Notes under the pieces: model-generated | Databases searched by the model: none | Told to the model about the DNA's origin: nothing | Seen by the model: the letters and a program-made list of their open reading frames with translations, nothing else | Origin: Candidatus Omnitrophota bacterium | Lineage (GTDB): Bacteria > Omnitrophota > Gorgyraeia > Gygaellales > Profunditerraquicolaceae | Assembly: GCA_028717245.1 (NCBI GenBank) | Contig: JAQUOD010000008.1 | Coordinates: forward strand, 2,493 to 66,492 | Direction: 5' to 3' | Length of the DNA: 64,000 nt | In this document: one piece after another, positions 39,383 to 49,097 of the stretch | How the letters are laid out: each line of letters begins with the position of its first letter | Numbering within the stretch: position 1 is the first letter of the stretch | Program-made: the position numbers and the translations under genes

Positions 39383-40132
39383 TTATTCGATCGCGAAGCT
39401 AGCAGATACCACTGCCATCACTTTCTTCTCAAGGGAACTCGTATCATTAACTCCCCAATCAGAAACATCAGTAGAGGTAATCGGGGTAATCTGGAATACA
39501 CCCATCCGCGCCGAGCGGATTGAGCCAATCTTATTGCCGGTGGCTTTGACCATATTTTCTGCCCTGAGTTTTGCATTCTCAGTAGCTTTGGCCAGCATTT
39601 CTATTTTTAGTTCATCAAGCTTGGTATAGAAATACTCCGGCGACTGGGATTCAAAGTCTATATTTTCTTCAATTAATTCCGTGGATTCTCTGGAGACTTT
39701 ATCTACCTTGCCTACGTCTTTAGAGCGCGCTTCAACTGCCTGACTCAAAACATACCATTGAATTTCATTGGTATCATTGCCCTTTTCGTTCTTCTTGTAG
39801 ACCTTATTCGTGCTAATCTGGGAAATCACGATTTCTTTTTCATTAATCCCTTTCCCGGTAAGATATTTTTTAACCACCTCAAGGTCATCGTTTAGCTTCT
39901 TATAGCCTGTCTTTAGATCTGCCTGCCGGGTAGAGAATGTCCCCCTCCAGACAATGTAATCGCTTTTAATCTCCTTTTGCGCCGAACCAGTGACGGTAAT
40001 CTGTTCTCTGATAAACTTAGTAATCTTTAAAAACCCTTTTGAAAGAATCATGCTTGAAACAATCGTTGCTACTGCAATACAGATGCCCAGAATGATTATC
40101 TGGGAGTTCCTTAATATTCTCCCGCCTTCCAT
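39383..40132 (-). CDS. SIMPL domain (DUF541) periplasmic protein
   Basis: Signal anchor then ITVTGSAQKEIKSDYIVWRGTFS..., typical of SIMPL. Confidence 0.6.
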   Translation of the reverse strand: MEGGRILRNSQIIILGICIAVATIVSSMILSKGFLKITKFIREQITVTGSAQKEIKSDYIVWRGTFSTRQADLKTGYKKLNDDLEVVKKYLTGKGINEKEIVISQISTNKVYKKNEKGNDTNEIQWYVLSQAVEARSKDVGKVDKVSRESTELIEENIDFESQSPEYFYTKLDELKIEMLAKATENAKLRAENMVKATGNKIGSIRSARMGVFQITPITSTDVSDWGVNDTSSLEKKVMAVVSASFAIE

Positions 40133-40290
40133 GGTATGCCTCCTGCCTTCAGACTGTTTTATGAAATAAAATTTATTGGCCGTAATGACGTATTTCTGAT
40201 TGAACCCCCTTTCGTTTTAGGTCATTACAAACCTATTTATCCCTTAAAACACAAAAATCCTCGCCAGTCACAGTTTAACCAGCGAGAGTT

Positions 40291-41319
40291 TCAATTGTTT
40301 TTATTTATTAAATTCGCCGCTAAATTCACAATTATATCCCGCTCTAACGGGTCGCTTTCGGCAATCATCAGGGTAAGGGCTACTAAAGCATTATCTGCTA
40401 TGCGCTTAGTACCGTCCTCTTTATATAAAAGCTCATTTCTTTCTAAAAACCAAAGAAAGATTGCCGCGGCAATACGCTTATTCCCATCGACAAAAGAATG
40501 GTTCTTCACTATGAAATATAAAAGATTTGCCGCTTTCTCCTCTACGCTAGGATAAAGGTCTTTACCGCCGAACGTCTGGTAAATCGTAGCTATAGAACTT
40601 TTAAAAGATTTATCCCTTTCCGCGCCGAACAGACCAGAACCTCCCAGCCGGATTTTTAATTTTGCTAATGTCTTAATTGCTTCTTCATAGGTGAGCTTAA
40701 ACCTTTCTTCTTTTGAGGTATCCGTGACCTTTATTTTCTTATTGTCATAGGCATCTAAAAGCCTCAAGGCATAATTATAATCGCTTATAACCTCAAGAAG
40801 CCCGAGTACCTCTTTATACTCAAGCTGCTTCTTGTCTTTTATACTACCGATAAGTTTTATAGCGCGCTGCAAAGCTTGCAACTTATGCGCTACCTGCTTT
40901 AAGCGCTGTTCATTCAACGTGTACCCATCAATGAGATGCATTCTTAATACATTGGTTGCCCAAATTCGAAACTGCGTTGCCCGGCTTGAATTTACCCGGT
41001 AGCCGACAGAAATAATAGCATCAAGGTTATAAAAATTGGTGCGGTATTTCTTCCCGTCAGAAGCAGTATGTTCCAAAATGGAACATACTGAATTTTCCTG
41101 TAATTCTTTGCTCTTAAATATGTTATGCAAATGTTTTGTTATGGCCGGCCTCTGGGTTCCAAACAATTTCGCTATCTGCTGCTGGGTCAGCCATACCGTT
41201 TCAAGCTCGAGCGTTACTTCAAGCTTAACCTTCTTATCTTTAGTCTGATAAATAACAATTTCGCCTTTCTGCGGAACAATGTTCTTATTTATTTTAACCA
41301 TTTTCACCTCCATAAACAA
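40291..41319 (-). CDS. RhuM-family N-terminal domain fused to a Fic/Doc (Fido) domain
   Basis: N-terminal ...AIISVGYRVNSSRATQFRIWATNVL (RhuM). C-terminal HSFVDGNKRIAAAIF (Doc-type HxFx(D)GNKR motif). Confidence 0.7.
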   Translation of the reverse strand: MFMEVKMVKINKNIVPQKGEIVIYQTKDKKVKLEVTLELETVWLTQQQIAKLFGTQRPAITKHLHNIFKSKELQENSVCSILEHTASDGKKYRTNFYNLDAIISVGYRVNSSRATQFRIWATNVLRMHLIDGYTLNEQRLKQVAHKLQALQRAIKLIGSIKDKKQLEYKEVLGLLEVISDYNYALRLLDAYDNKKIKVTDTSKEERFKLTYEEAIKTLAKLKIRLGGSGLFGAERDKSFKSSIATIYQTFGGKDLYPSVEEKAANLLYFIVKNHSFVDGNKRIAAAIFLWFLERNELLYKEDGTKRIADNALVALTLMIAESDPLERDIIVNLAANLINKNN

Positions 41320-41574
41320 AAAACCCTCGCTTAAGCATAATCGCTCCTAGCGAAGGTTTTACTTTTTTAACGTCCGGGTTTCCCCCTTCAAACACGGGAC
41401 AACTCTAATTATTGAACTTACTTTATACCCATCTAAGCAATCTGTCAAGTTAATTTTGTACGGACACGCGGCGCACTAGTCCATTAAGAAAAAACTTAAT
41501 CCGTCTGGTAAAATTTGCCCATGAAACCTTTTAAATGGTTATTGTTTAATCTTATGGGGCGGGCGTGCTCGTCT

Positions 41575-41790
41575 CTAATGAAACAACTTAAAATGCACCG
41601 CGCCCTGGGCGACCGAGCACGAAGTGCGAGGAAGTCCTGAGCGAGCATCGCGAGCCGAAGGAGGGCGCTCCCACATCTCGCGTGCAATGGCGCTCGCTGG
41701 GCCGCTCGCTTCGTGGTAATGCAATGCGTGTGCGGCGTGGCTTTGCGTCCTCGCTACGACCTGTATCGACACAGATATCTTTTTACATCG
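41575..41790. repeat. Partial diverged copy of the central part of the 492-bp repeat (aaacaacttaaaatgcaccgcgccctgg...gcgctcgctgggccgctcgcttc...taatgcaatgcgtgtgcggcgtggct)
   Basis: Blocks identical to 43806..44030. The track ORFs 41496..41687 and 41575..41772 lie inside it and are probably spurious. Confidence 0.6.
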
Positions 41791-42038
41791 TCATGGTTTC
41801 CGGCTAACACTAAATAATAATCTTCGCCGTCAACCTTGACGACTACTCGCAACCTTATATCAACGCGAAACTCGTATTTATCGTGGTTAATCTTCTTGAA
41901 ACCGAATCCCGCAGGCAACTCACCTGTTAGGAGAAACGAGTTAAAAACCTCTAAGCTTTCTGCGAGATTATCTTTATCTTGGCGGGTGAGTTTCTTAACA
42001 GAGCGCTCAAAAGAAGGCAGAATTAAGATTCTCTTCAT
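41754..42038 (-). CDS. Type II toxin, RelE/ParE superfamily
   Basis: 94 aa; 4-nt overlap with the upstream AbrB/MazE-like gene. Confidence 0.5.
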   Translation of the reverse strand: MKRILILPSFERSVKKLTRQDKDNLAESLEVFNSFLLTGELPAGFGFKKINHDKYEFRVDIRLRVVVKVDGEDYYLVLAGNHDDVKRYLCRYRS

Positions 42039-42298
42039 TTGGTTATTTTCTTAATGTAACGAGAGAACTCTTTTCCCGGCTTCAGAACCTTTGCCTTGCC
42101 CTTTTCGTTTTCAACGATACGGTCAATGGCTTTCAGTTCTTGTGCAGTATAGCGTGGCTCAACCTTAACGGGGATAAGCTTGATAAAATTACCTTCTACA
42201 TCCACGGCAAACAGCTCATCTAGCTTCAGATGCAGTCTCTTCACAATTACGCTAGGAATAGTTATCTGATTTTTTGCTTTAAGCTTTGTAATAGTCAT
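42035..42298 (-). CDS. AbrB/MazE (SpoVT) family antitoxin
   Basis: KAKNQITIPSVIVKRLHL swapped-hairpin motif. Confidence 0.6.
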   Translation of the reverse strand: MTITKLKAKNQITIPSVIVKRLHLKLDELFAVDVEGNFIKLIPVKVEPRYTAQELKAIDRIVENEKGKAKVLKPGKEFSRYIKKITK

Positions 42299-42414
42299 CT
42301 TTTCACCTCCACAAGGAGTATACCATAAGTAGGAAAGTATGTCAAGTAGGAATTTCTAACTTTTTTACCTTTTGTGAGGGCCGGAAACCATGAGAAAATA
42401 TTGTGAAACAAGTA

Positions 42415-42645
42415 CGAAGTTAGGAAAGAACGGGCTCGACCGCTCCTGCTCCACAGCAAGAGAAATCCAGGTTCGCGGGATGCCCCGCCTTCCCGCAAGA
42501 AGCGGAACACCCGGCATTCATTTATACCGGGGCGCCTTGTGTTCAGTGCTTCAAAACCAACTGTTTGGGCGTGGCGCGGCCCCCACCCCGCGCCCCGCCT
42601 AGCGCTATCTTTTCAAAAACTGCCGTAATTTTTAGGGGGCGGAAA
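42415..42645. repeat. Partial copy of the 3' part of the 492-bp repeat (ggaaagaacgggctcg ... gcgcggcccccaccccgcgccccgcctagcgctatcttttcaaaaactgccgtaatttttaggggg)
   Basis: It matches 44041..44216 and includes the GC-rich hairpin ggcgcggcccccaccccgcgcc. Confidence 0.6.
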
Positions 42646-42700
42646 GCCAAAGCCCTTCTGATTTCAAATTTATGGCGGAAAACCGCATTTTATTAGCAAA

Positions 42701-43477
42701 TTAGTCGAGGCAATGAATCGAAACAGCCTTATCATGGCCGTTATTTGCCGAGGGTGAATATTTTACCTCTATACGCCCGCCGTTTTTAAGATGCCAAGCG
42801 CCCCTGCCTTTACCCATATCTTTTCCGGAAGCATCACGAACAGCAGTATCACTTACTATGTCTATACTCCTCATTTCGCCGCTGTCGGCAACAGCCGTTA
42901 ATAGCGCAAGCCTCCAATAGGGAGGCCTTGGTAACATCTTTTTGACTGATTCGACCCTGCCTGTAAAGGTATCCCCTGTCTGACCTGCACTTTCTTGAGC
43001 TAGCTGCGTTGTTTCGGCAGCCGCGTTTGCCGGCGTTGTTAAAGCTGCTGGCTGCGGAACATAATCCAAAGGAACATAACGCATCGAGGCGGCTTCATAT
43101 TGGCCGTTGTCACCGATCAAATATTTGATCTCCATCTTTCTACCTTTTCTCGGTGGTGCGCCGTATACTGACTTACCGTTAACATCAGTAATACGTAGAC
43201 CGTCTCTTGGCACCCAAATATCTTTCCTCTCGCCATTATCAGTAACAATTACAAACCTATAAGGACAGCGCAAGCTAAAAGTGACTCCGCCCTTCACAAC
43301 TTTGCCTATGAAAATATTGTTTTCAGCGGCATTAACCAGCATTTCCGGAACCTTTGCCTGCGTTGTTGATAAGGTTTTGGTTTCCTCGGCTTTTGCTTGA
43401 AACAATTGGATAAAAAATAAAGAACTGATAAATGTAATAGCACCCAACACCAAAAATTTCTTTTTCATATTTTTCAC
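42701..43477 (-). CDS. Secreted protein of unknown function
   Basis: Signal peptide; no motif recognised. Confidence 0.45.
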   Translation of the reverse strand: MKNMKKKFLVLGAITFISSLFFIQLFQAKAEETKTLSTTQAKVPEMLVNAAENNIFIGKVVKGGVTFSLRCPYRFVIVTDNGERKDIWVPRDGLRITDVNGKSVYGAPPRKGRKMEIKYLIGDNGQYEAASMRYVPLDYVPQPAALTTPANAAAETTQLAQESAGQTGDTFTGRVESVKKMLPRPPYWRLALLTAVADSGEMRSIDIVSDTAVRDASGKDMGKGRGAWHLKNGGRIEVKYSPSANNGHDKAVSIHCLD

Positions 43478-43570
43478 TCCATTTCAAACTGGTAAGCGGA
43501 TTCAGGCAAAATTTGTTGAATAGTTATCTGACGGATAAAATTGAGAAACAAGCGCGCTAAATTAGAAAAG

Positions 43571-43726
43571 AACCTCTCCCGCTATATCTACGCTCTTCCT
43601 CGCCTCTTATCGTTCTGTTTATAATACCGGGGTAAAACTTAGTCTCTAAGGAAACAGCTTAAATGCACCGCGCCCTTGCGACCGAAGGGAGTCCCGAGCG
43701 CAGCCGAGGGACAAACAAACCTTTTC
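43571..43726. repeat. Partial tandem unit (~160 bp) duplicated from the 5' part of the 492-bp repeat
   Basis: aacctctcccgctata(t/g)ctac...gtctctaaggaaaca(g/a)cttaaa(a)tgcaccgcgcc recurs at 43733..43835. Confidence 0.55.
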
Positions 43727-44218
43727 CCGGAAACAACCTCTCCCGCTATAGCTACACTCTGCCCCGCCTTTTGTCGTTTTTGTATCTAATACCCGGGTAA
43801 AGCTGGTCTCTAAGGAAACAACTTAAAATGCACCGCGCCCTGGGGGGCGCTCCCGTATCTTGCGATTCACCGCTCCCCCTCGCTTAGGGCTCGGGGTCGC
43901 TGGGCGCTCGCTGGGCCGCTCGCTTCTTGCTAATGCAATGCGTGTGCGGCGTGGCTCGCCGCTACAACAATAAAAAAATACACGGTCGCGGCGTGCGTCC
44001 TCGCTTGAAGCTCTCTTTACATCTTAAAAACAAAATTTTTTAGGAAAGAACGGGCTCGGCCGTAGCGCCTTAAGCTACGCTAAAAACTACAAGGACGGCG
44101 CTTTGCCCCGCCTCTTGCGTTCGGTGCTTCAAAGAACTGCTTTGGCGGGGCGCGGCCCCCACCCCGCGCCCCGCCTAGCGCTATCTTTTCAAAAAACTGG
44201 CGAAATTTTTAGAGGGAG
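43727..44218. repeat. Left copy of a 492-bp GC-rich, hairpin-rich inverted repeat
   Basis: Near-identical reverse complement of 50658..51150; only a few mismatches or indels were seen. Confidence 0.85.
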
Positions 44219-44338
44219 GAAATTAGAAGCATCCCCTTTTTACTTAATTATTATACCTCTTCAAAATAAAAATCCCAAGCAGATTCTATATGCTTGAGAT
44301 TATAAAAAATAGAAACGTCCCCTTTTCTTCTTAAAATT

Positions 44339-44995
44339 TTACTCTACCAGCAAAACTTTATCTTCGTTAGGCGTTCTCCCATAAAAATCAGCTATTTTAT
44401 CGCGAAGTTCTTTTCTCGCATTCGCCGATAATTGAAGAAGTTTGATATCTGATAATGTCCCTTTATCTCCTTTTAGGGCTTCGCAGTTAACTTTAAAATT
44501 ATCTCTAAAATCTATCATAAAAAACCTAGTTTTAGAATTTTCCCGTTTAGCATTAGTGATGATATATTCAGGAAAATACTCGTGTTCTTGATACACAAAT
44601 AATTCTAATAGAGCATATGAAATACCTATAGCTTTCCTTTTTTCTTGTTCTTCGGGAGGTAATTTTGTCCAAATATCTGGGGCTAAACTTTGTTCCGGTT
44701 CCATCATTTTATTTATACGCATCAAGTCTTCTTTAAAATATGGGTTATCAAAAAAATCTACTCTTATAGGTTTTAAAGGCGATATCGCAATAATTCCATC
44801 ATTTTTAGTTTTTTGGCTTATAGTACAACAAGGAGACAAAACTACACATAAATTAGGAAAATTTATATCAACTTTATAATTATGCTCTTCGTCCATTACC
44901 ATTGGCTTCTCGATTGCGGATGCAGCTAAAATAAAACCCTTTACCACATCACCAAACCGCAATTGACTATTATCTGGAGTTTCAGCATAAAACAT
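44339..44995 (-). CDS. Hypothetical protein (218 aa), last gene of a 3-gene operon
   Basis: 9-nt gap from the upstream gene; AT-rich; no motif recognised. Confidence 0.5.
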   Translation of the reverse strand: MFYAETPDNSQLRFGDVVKGFILAASAIEKPMVMDEEHNYKVDINFPNLCVVLSPCCTISQKTKNDGIIAISPLKPIRVDFFDNPYFKEDLMRINKMMEPEQSLAPDIWTKLPPEEQEKRKAIGISYALLELFVYQEHEYFPEYIITNAKRENSKTRFFMIDFRDNFKVNCEALKGDKGTLSDIKLLQLSANARKELRDKIADFYGRTPNEDKVLLVE

Positions 44996-45003
44996 ATTGA
45001 CTA

Positions 45004-45237
45004 CTATTCCTTATAAAACTGCTCAACATCATGATAACCTTGTTGGGCATTTTTTTGTTTGTATGACATGAAGTCTTTGTTTATTTCTACTTCAGTAATA
45101 CCCACAAATTCATTCGAAGGGCTAACTTTTACAGTAATGTTAAATCTTTCGAATGGATAAACAATGGTTCTAGATTCTTGTGTTAAGTTGCTATCACCTG
45201 TTCCTGGACATGAAACATTACTTATTAAATTATCCAT
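45004..45237 (-). CDS. Hypothetical small protein (77 aa)
   Basis: 4-nt gap to the upstream gene. Confidence 0.45.
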   Translation of the reverse strand: MDNLISNVSCPGTGDSNLTQESRTIVYPFERFNITVKVSPSNEFVGITEVEINKDFMSYKQKNAQQGYHDVEQFYKE

Positions 45238-45240
45238 AGT

Positions 45241-46008
45241 CTACTTAGCCTCCTCTTTCTTTAAATCTTTTTTCATGTATTCAATAACTGGAGCTTTTAT
45301 TGTTTTTTCGAATTCAGCAGAAATAAGCTCGTGCAATTTATCCACTACACCCAATGAGTCTTCTGGTTTGATGTTTTGTGCATAGCTATCAAAATCGAGA
45401 ATATATTTATTTTGTTCGGCATTAAACGATTCAAGGTATCGGACAAAATATCCATTTCTTTTAACCAGAGTAACATAATTTGTTTCCATAGTTTCCTCAA
45501 TACTAAAACGTTCAAAAGGGAATACCGTATTATACCATTCCTTAAAAGTGGCTGTTGTCCGCGCCGGAACAGGGCATTCATCAATATACCTCAAACCTAT
45601 TCTTTGTATTATGGGCAATTTCACTATAGAAAAGAAATTATCTAACACGAGCTTTATGGTATCCCGAAATCGTAATGTCGCATCCTTGTTGTTGTATGTT
45701 TTATGGTAGTTGGAAGTTAAATCCAAAGAACTGGTGAGAACATTCAAAATAATCTTTTTTTCTGACTTAAACTGCCAAATTTTTTGTCCTTCTGAAGGTC
45801 CACCCGGTAACTGTTCGATTTTCCCTTCAGGTCCGATATCGGCAAAAACAATTTGTTTCCGAAACACCAATGAAGATTCCGGAAATTCATTTATGATTTT
45901 TGCCTGGAAATCTCCTATTTTATTTTCGATAGAAAATAAATTGGGAAATTTAATTTGGAAAATAACCTGCTTGACGGTAGGATTAGGAAAAACTTCATTT
46001 ATCGACAT
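45241..46008 (-). CDS. Hypothetical protein (255 aa), possibly TIGR04255-like
   Basis: N-terminal VKQVIFQIKFP and internal IIQRIGLRYID resemble what I recall of that uncharacterised family. This is unverified. Confidence 0.45.
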   Translation of the reverse strand: MSINEVFPNPTVKQVIFQIKFPNLFSIENKIGDFQAKIINEFPESSLVFRKQIVFADIGPEGKIEQLPGGPSEGQKIWQFKSEKKIILNVLTSSLDLTSNYHKTYNNKDATLRFRDTIKLVLDNFFSIVKLPIIQRIGLRYIDECPVPARTTATFKEWYNTVFPFERFSIEETMETNYVTLVKRNGYFVRYLESFNAEQNKYILDFDSYAQNIKPEDSLGVVDKLHELISAEFEKTIKAPVIEYMKKDLKKEEAK

Positions 46009-46275
46009 AGGTATCTCCTTTTTTCCTTTGGCTATTTCGAATCTTTAGCTTTTGCCTTGACAGCTTCTCTCTTTATTTAATTAACCCTTTTCCCTGACCT
46101 CTCGCCTCCTGGGATTAAGAATCTCGCCGATACAATGACACCAATTACTAATTTCCATTCTTAATTAACTTTTTGTAATCAATAAAACCACAAATTTTAT
46201 TTGATTTTTGATATTATAACACTGTATTCATCATTGTAAACTTAAAGATTGGAGGACAACGTTTCTATTTTCCTA

Positions 46276-46533
46276 TTAAGCTTTCTTTTTCAAATTATCG
46301 GGCGCATTAACAGATGTAACATTTGTTGATTGTATAAAATATAGCGGGTTCCTTTCGTTATCATACTTATTGTCTAGTCGAAGCACTTTAGTTGCTACGA
46401 GCTTCATTTTTATAACAGTGCCGTCATCTAGTAAATACTGATTCCAATATTCATTTGTTTGATTGATATCAATTGGAGTAGCTTCTACTTCTTCCCCACC
46501 AAAATTAATTTTTACTTTGTCTGCCATATACAT
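46276..46533 (-). CDS. Hypothetical small protein (85 aa)
   Basis: Separated by AT-rich 270-bp and 35-bp intergenic regions. Confidence 0.4.
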   Translation of the reverse strand: MYMADKVKINFGGEEVEATPIDINQTNEYWNQYLLDDGTVIKMKLVATKVLRLDNKYDNERNPLYFIQSTNVTSVNAPDNLKKKA

Positions 46534-46568
46534 TCTCCCTTCTAATTTATAACTTTACCCGTTTATGA

Positions 46569-47741
46569 TCAAAGCTTAATACTTAACTCTTTTGAAGGTC
46601 TATTATATATATAGTCATCGAAGATTATTTCTGTTCCTGTTTTATGTTTAATCTTACGAATAGGAACTCGTTCATTTTTTATTAATTTAAATTTATTTTT
46701 ATGCTCCTTTAAATCAAGCATAATCTTAGCCGCAAGGATACTAGCAAATTCAACTGGAACAGCATTTCCTACCATTTTATAACCGTCCGCGATATCAGTA
46801 TATTTAAAAACAAAACTGTCCGGGAAAGTTTGGATCCTCGCGCATTCTCTTACCGATAATCGCCTATATAAATGTTCTTTACCTTTTATAAACTCTCTTT
46901 TATTTTGTTCAATAAACTTCATTTTGGGCGCTTTCGGATGAATTGGAGCGTGCCTCCCTCCCGCCTGGATCGTAAATGACCGCTCATCCCAACTTCTTAC
47001 CCTATTTCTAGACATATAAATCGTTGAAAAATTTCCAATCATATACTCATGATTAGGAATCTCAAGGTTATCGCCATTCGTTTTGTTATATTTTAGTGCT
47101 GGCTTGGGCTCTTTTAAATCGCCAATGGCATCGCGCAAGCTTACAAATCTTTTAGAACCTTCCGGAAATTCATAAGACATTCCCATTTTCTTGTGGTACC
47201 CAACTATAATAACTCTTTCCCTGTCTTGCGGAACATTATAATTGCCAGCATTCAGCAACTTATAAGAAACATTGTATCCAGCTGAAGAAAACTCGCTTAA
47301 AATCTTCTCAAACGCTTCCTTATGAATATTTGCTAAAATTCCAGATACATTTTCTGCTAGAAAAAATAAAGGTCGTTTGTCCTTTAAGACTCTAATATAT
47401 TCAAAAAATACTTGCCCTCTATGGTCTTTTATTCCCCGGCAAGCTCCTGCTTCGCTCCATGCCTGACAAGGAGGACCGCCAATAATCCCATCGCATCCAT
47501 CTGGGATTTCCTTAGATGGAATATCAACAATGCTTCTTTTGTCTAGGGGCGTATGAGGAAAATTTAAGGTCATTGTTTCCCAAATAGACTTGTCAAACTC
47601 GTTTGACCAAATAATCTCGAATCCCGCCTTTTCAAACCCCAAATCCAAACCTCCGCAACCGCTAAAGAGCGACACTATTTTAAGCTTCTCTTGATTTTTT
47701 GTATACATTTCGGTATGTCCTTTATTAGTTGTTGTTGCCAA
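46569..47741 (-). CDS. dcm: DNA (cytosine-5)-methyltransferase
   Basis: FSGCGGLDLGF (motif I), GGPPCQAWS (motif IV), ENV (motif VI). Confidence 0.9.
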   Translation of the reverse strand: MATTTNKGHTEMYTKNQEKLKIVSLFSGCGGLDLGFEKAGFEIIWSNEFDKSIWETMTLNFPHTPLDKRSIVDIPSKEIPDGCDGIIGGPPCQAWSEAGACRGIKDHRGQVFFEYIRVLKDKRPLFFLAENVSGILANIHKEAFEKILSEFSSAGYNVSYKLLNAGNYNVPQDRERVIIVGYHKKMGMSYEFPEGSKRFVSLRDAIGDLKEPKPALKYNKTNGDNLEIPNHEYMIGNFSTIYMSRNRVRSWDERSFTIQAGGRHAPIHPKAPKMKFIEQNKREFIKGKEHLYRRLSVRECARIQTFPDSFVFKYTDIADGYKMVGNAVPVEFASILAAKIMLDLKEHKNKFKLIKNERVPIRKIKHKTGTEIIFDDYIYNRPSKELSIKL

Positions 47742-48193
47742 AATCTTATAACTTGCCAGCCAGACTTTCTTAATTCCTTATTATTCTTCTTATCCCTAGC
47801 AACATTTCTTTCAATTTTCGGTATCCAATAATCCCTATTATCTTTTATTTTCTTCTTTTTTTGTTTCCACCTGTAACCATGCCAAAATTCGCCATCAACA
47901 AATATGGCTATTTTTCTATCAATAAGCGCTATATCCGGCTTACCGATTACATTAACACAGTTTTTTCTAAACTTAATCTTTTCTTTACGAAGCGCTTTTT
48001 GAAGTAGAATTTCGGGGGTAGTCTTATCGCTTCTGATTTTCCGCATTAAATCAGAACGCTCAGCAGAAACTTTAAACTTATAAACCATATTATAACTCGT
48101 AAAACCACCAAGTTCAATATTTATGCATTTCTTGCCTCCTTTATTGGGTAAACTGTTTTTCTCTTCCCAATATAATAGACGCAAGGAATGCAA
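47675..48193 (-). CDS. vsr: Very-short-patch-repair (Vsr) endonuclease
   Basis: IFVDGEFWHGY...RNVARD...GWQVIRFWQQ; overlaps the dcm 5' end. Confidence 0.85.
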   Translation of the reverse strand: MHSLRLLYWEEKNSLPNKGGKKCINIELGGFTSYNMVYKFKVSAERSDLMRKIRSDKTTPEILLQKALRKEKIKFRKNCVNVIGKPDIALIDRKIAIFVDGEFWHGYRWKQKKKKIKDNRDYWIPKIERNVARDKKNNKELRKSGWQVIRFWQQQLIKDIPKCIQKIKRSLK

Positions 48194-48211
48194 GAATCTA
48201 ACAACAATTTT

Positions 48212-49096
48212 TTATTTTTCTAATACCTGCTTTTCTAGATCGGGCAATTCTATCGCTTGAGTATCAAATTTGAGGCTTTTACCTAGCTTAGAAGCAGCTG
48301 TATGCAGCCTCATAGACAGTTTCCAGCCATTAGAAAAAGTTAGATAGATATAGCTTTTGCCTTCTAAAGCCGCCTGAACGCTTTCGGCTTTAGGCATCTT
48401 AGTAAAATCCAGAATCAATACTTTATCGACCAAGTCGATTACCTTATAGAAACCAGTTGACCCCACTAAGAAATTAAACAAATACTGAGCATGGCTTCTA
48501 TCAACACATAATTTATTAATAGCCTCGGTAATGACCTTACATACAGGATAATAAAGATTATCCTTTATGTAATCGCCAGTTATAGTAACGAGATCTCTAA
48601 AGTTTCTAGCCAGTGGCATTGCAACTTTACTATCAAAAAGAAACCGATCTACAATATCATTATATGCTTTTCGAAACTCCAAGTCTTCTTTTGATTTTTT
48701 ATTGTATCCACACCATATTGCTGTAGTGGGCGGACGTTGATGTTTAAGCGCCGAATGATTGTGCTTTACAGACAAATTTATTGTTTTATCACCAAAAACA
48801 ATACTAATATCTGTTACGTCGCCTTTTTTCCCACTCTCGTCTGTATTTTTGTCAACAAAGATTTCTTTACAGCTTATCAAATTCAGCAACCAATTATGTA
48901 TCATAACTGCGGTTTTTGAATAATTGCTTTTTAGCTCAATAGGCAGACTTTCGTACTTAGAAATATCCCTTAGTTGATCAGATTTAGCTTGTTGACTTAA
49001 TACAACCTTAAACTTTGACTGCCCACTAATTAGGTAGTCAATAATCTTATATTCTAACGCTCTACCGTTCCTATCAGAAATATTTTCTAATTGCAT
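48212..49096 (-). CDS. Putative restriction-endonuclease component (about 295 aa from the internal Met MQLENISDRN...)
   Basis: The position in the C-protein/PLD-nuclease/Vsr/Dcm operon suggests the call, which is context-only. The track ORF start at 49198 overlaps the upstream gene, so the likely start is 49096, abutting the upstream stop. Confidence 0.4.
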   Translation of the reverse strand: MQLENISDRNGRALEYKIIDYLISGQSKFKVVLSQQAKSDQLRDISKYESLPIELKSNYSKTAVMIHNWLLNLISCKEIFVDKNTDESGKKGDVTDISIVFGDKTINLSVKHNHSALKHQRPPTTAIWCGYNKKSKEDLEFRKAYNDIVDRFLFDSKVAMPLARNFRDLVTITGDYIKDNLYYPVCKVITEAINKLCVDRSHAQYLFNFLVGSTGFYKVIDLVDKVLILDFTKMPKAESVQAALEGKSYIYLTFSNGWKLSMRLHTAASKLGKSLKFDTQAIELPDLEKQVLEK

Positions 49097-49097
49097 C

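Noticed and set aside
40180-40200. Possible attL copy of the tRNA-His 3' end (gattgaaccccc versus gatcgaacccgc)
   Set aside because: Only 9 of 11 positions match, with no extended similarity. This is too weak to call the island boundary.
41496-41772. Two overlapping minus-strand ORFs (63 and 65 aa) rich in Arg/Ala
   Set aside because: They lie inside a GC-rich partial copy of the 492-bp repeat. The composition is typical of spurious ORFs in GC-rich repeat DNA.
43571-43835. Possible CRISPR array (direct repeats seen)
   Set aside because: The repeating unit is about 160 bp, only two units, with no short unique spacers and no cas genes. This is a tandem duplication of the repeat element, not CRISPR.
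44103-44297. 64-aa plus-strand ORF at the end of the left 492-bp repeat
   Set aside because: Inside the repeat, and the same sequence in the other copy would be on the opposite strand. No Shine-Dalgarno sequence.
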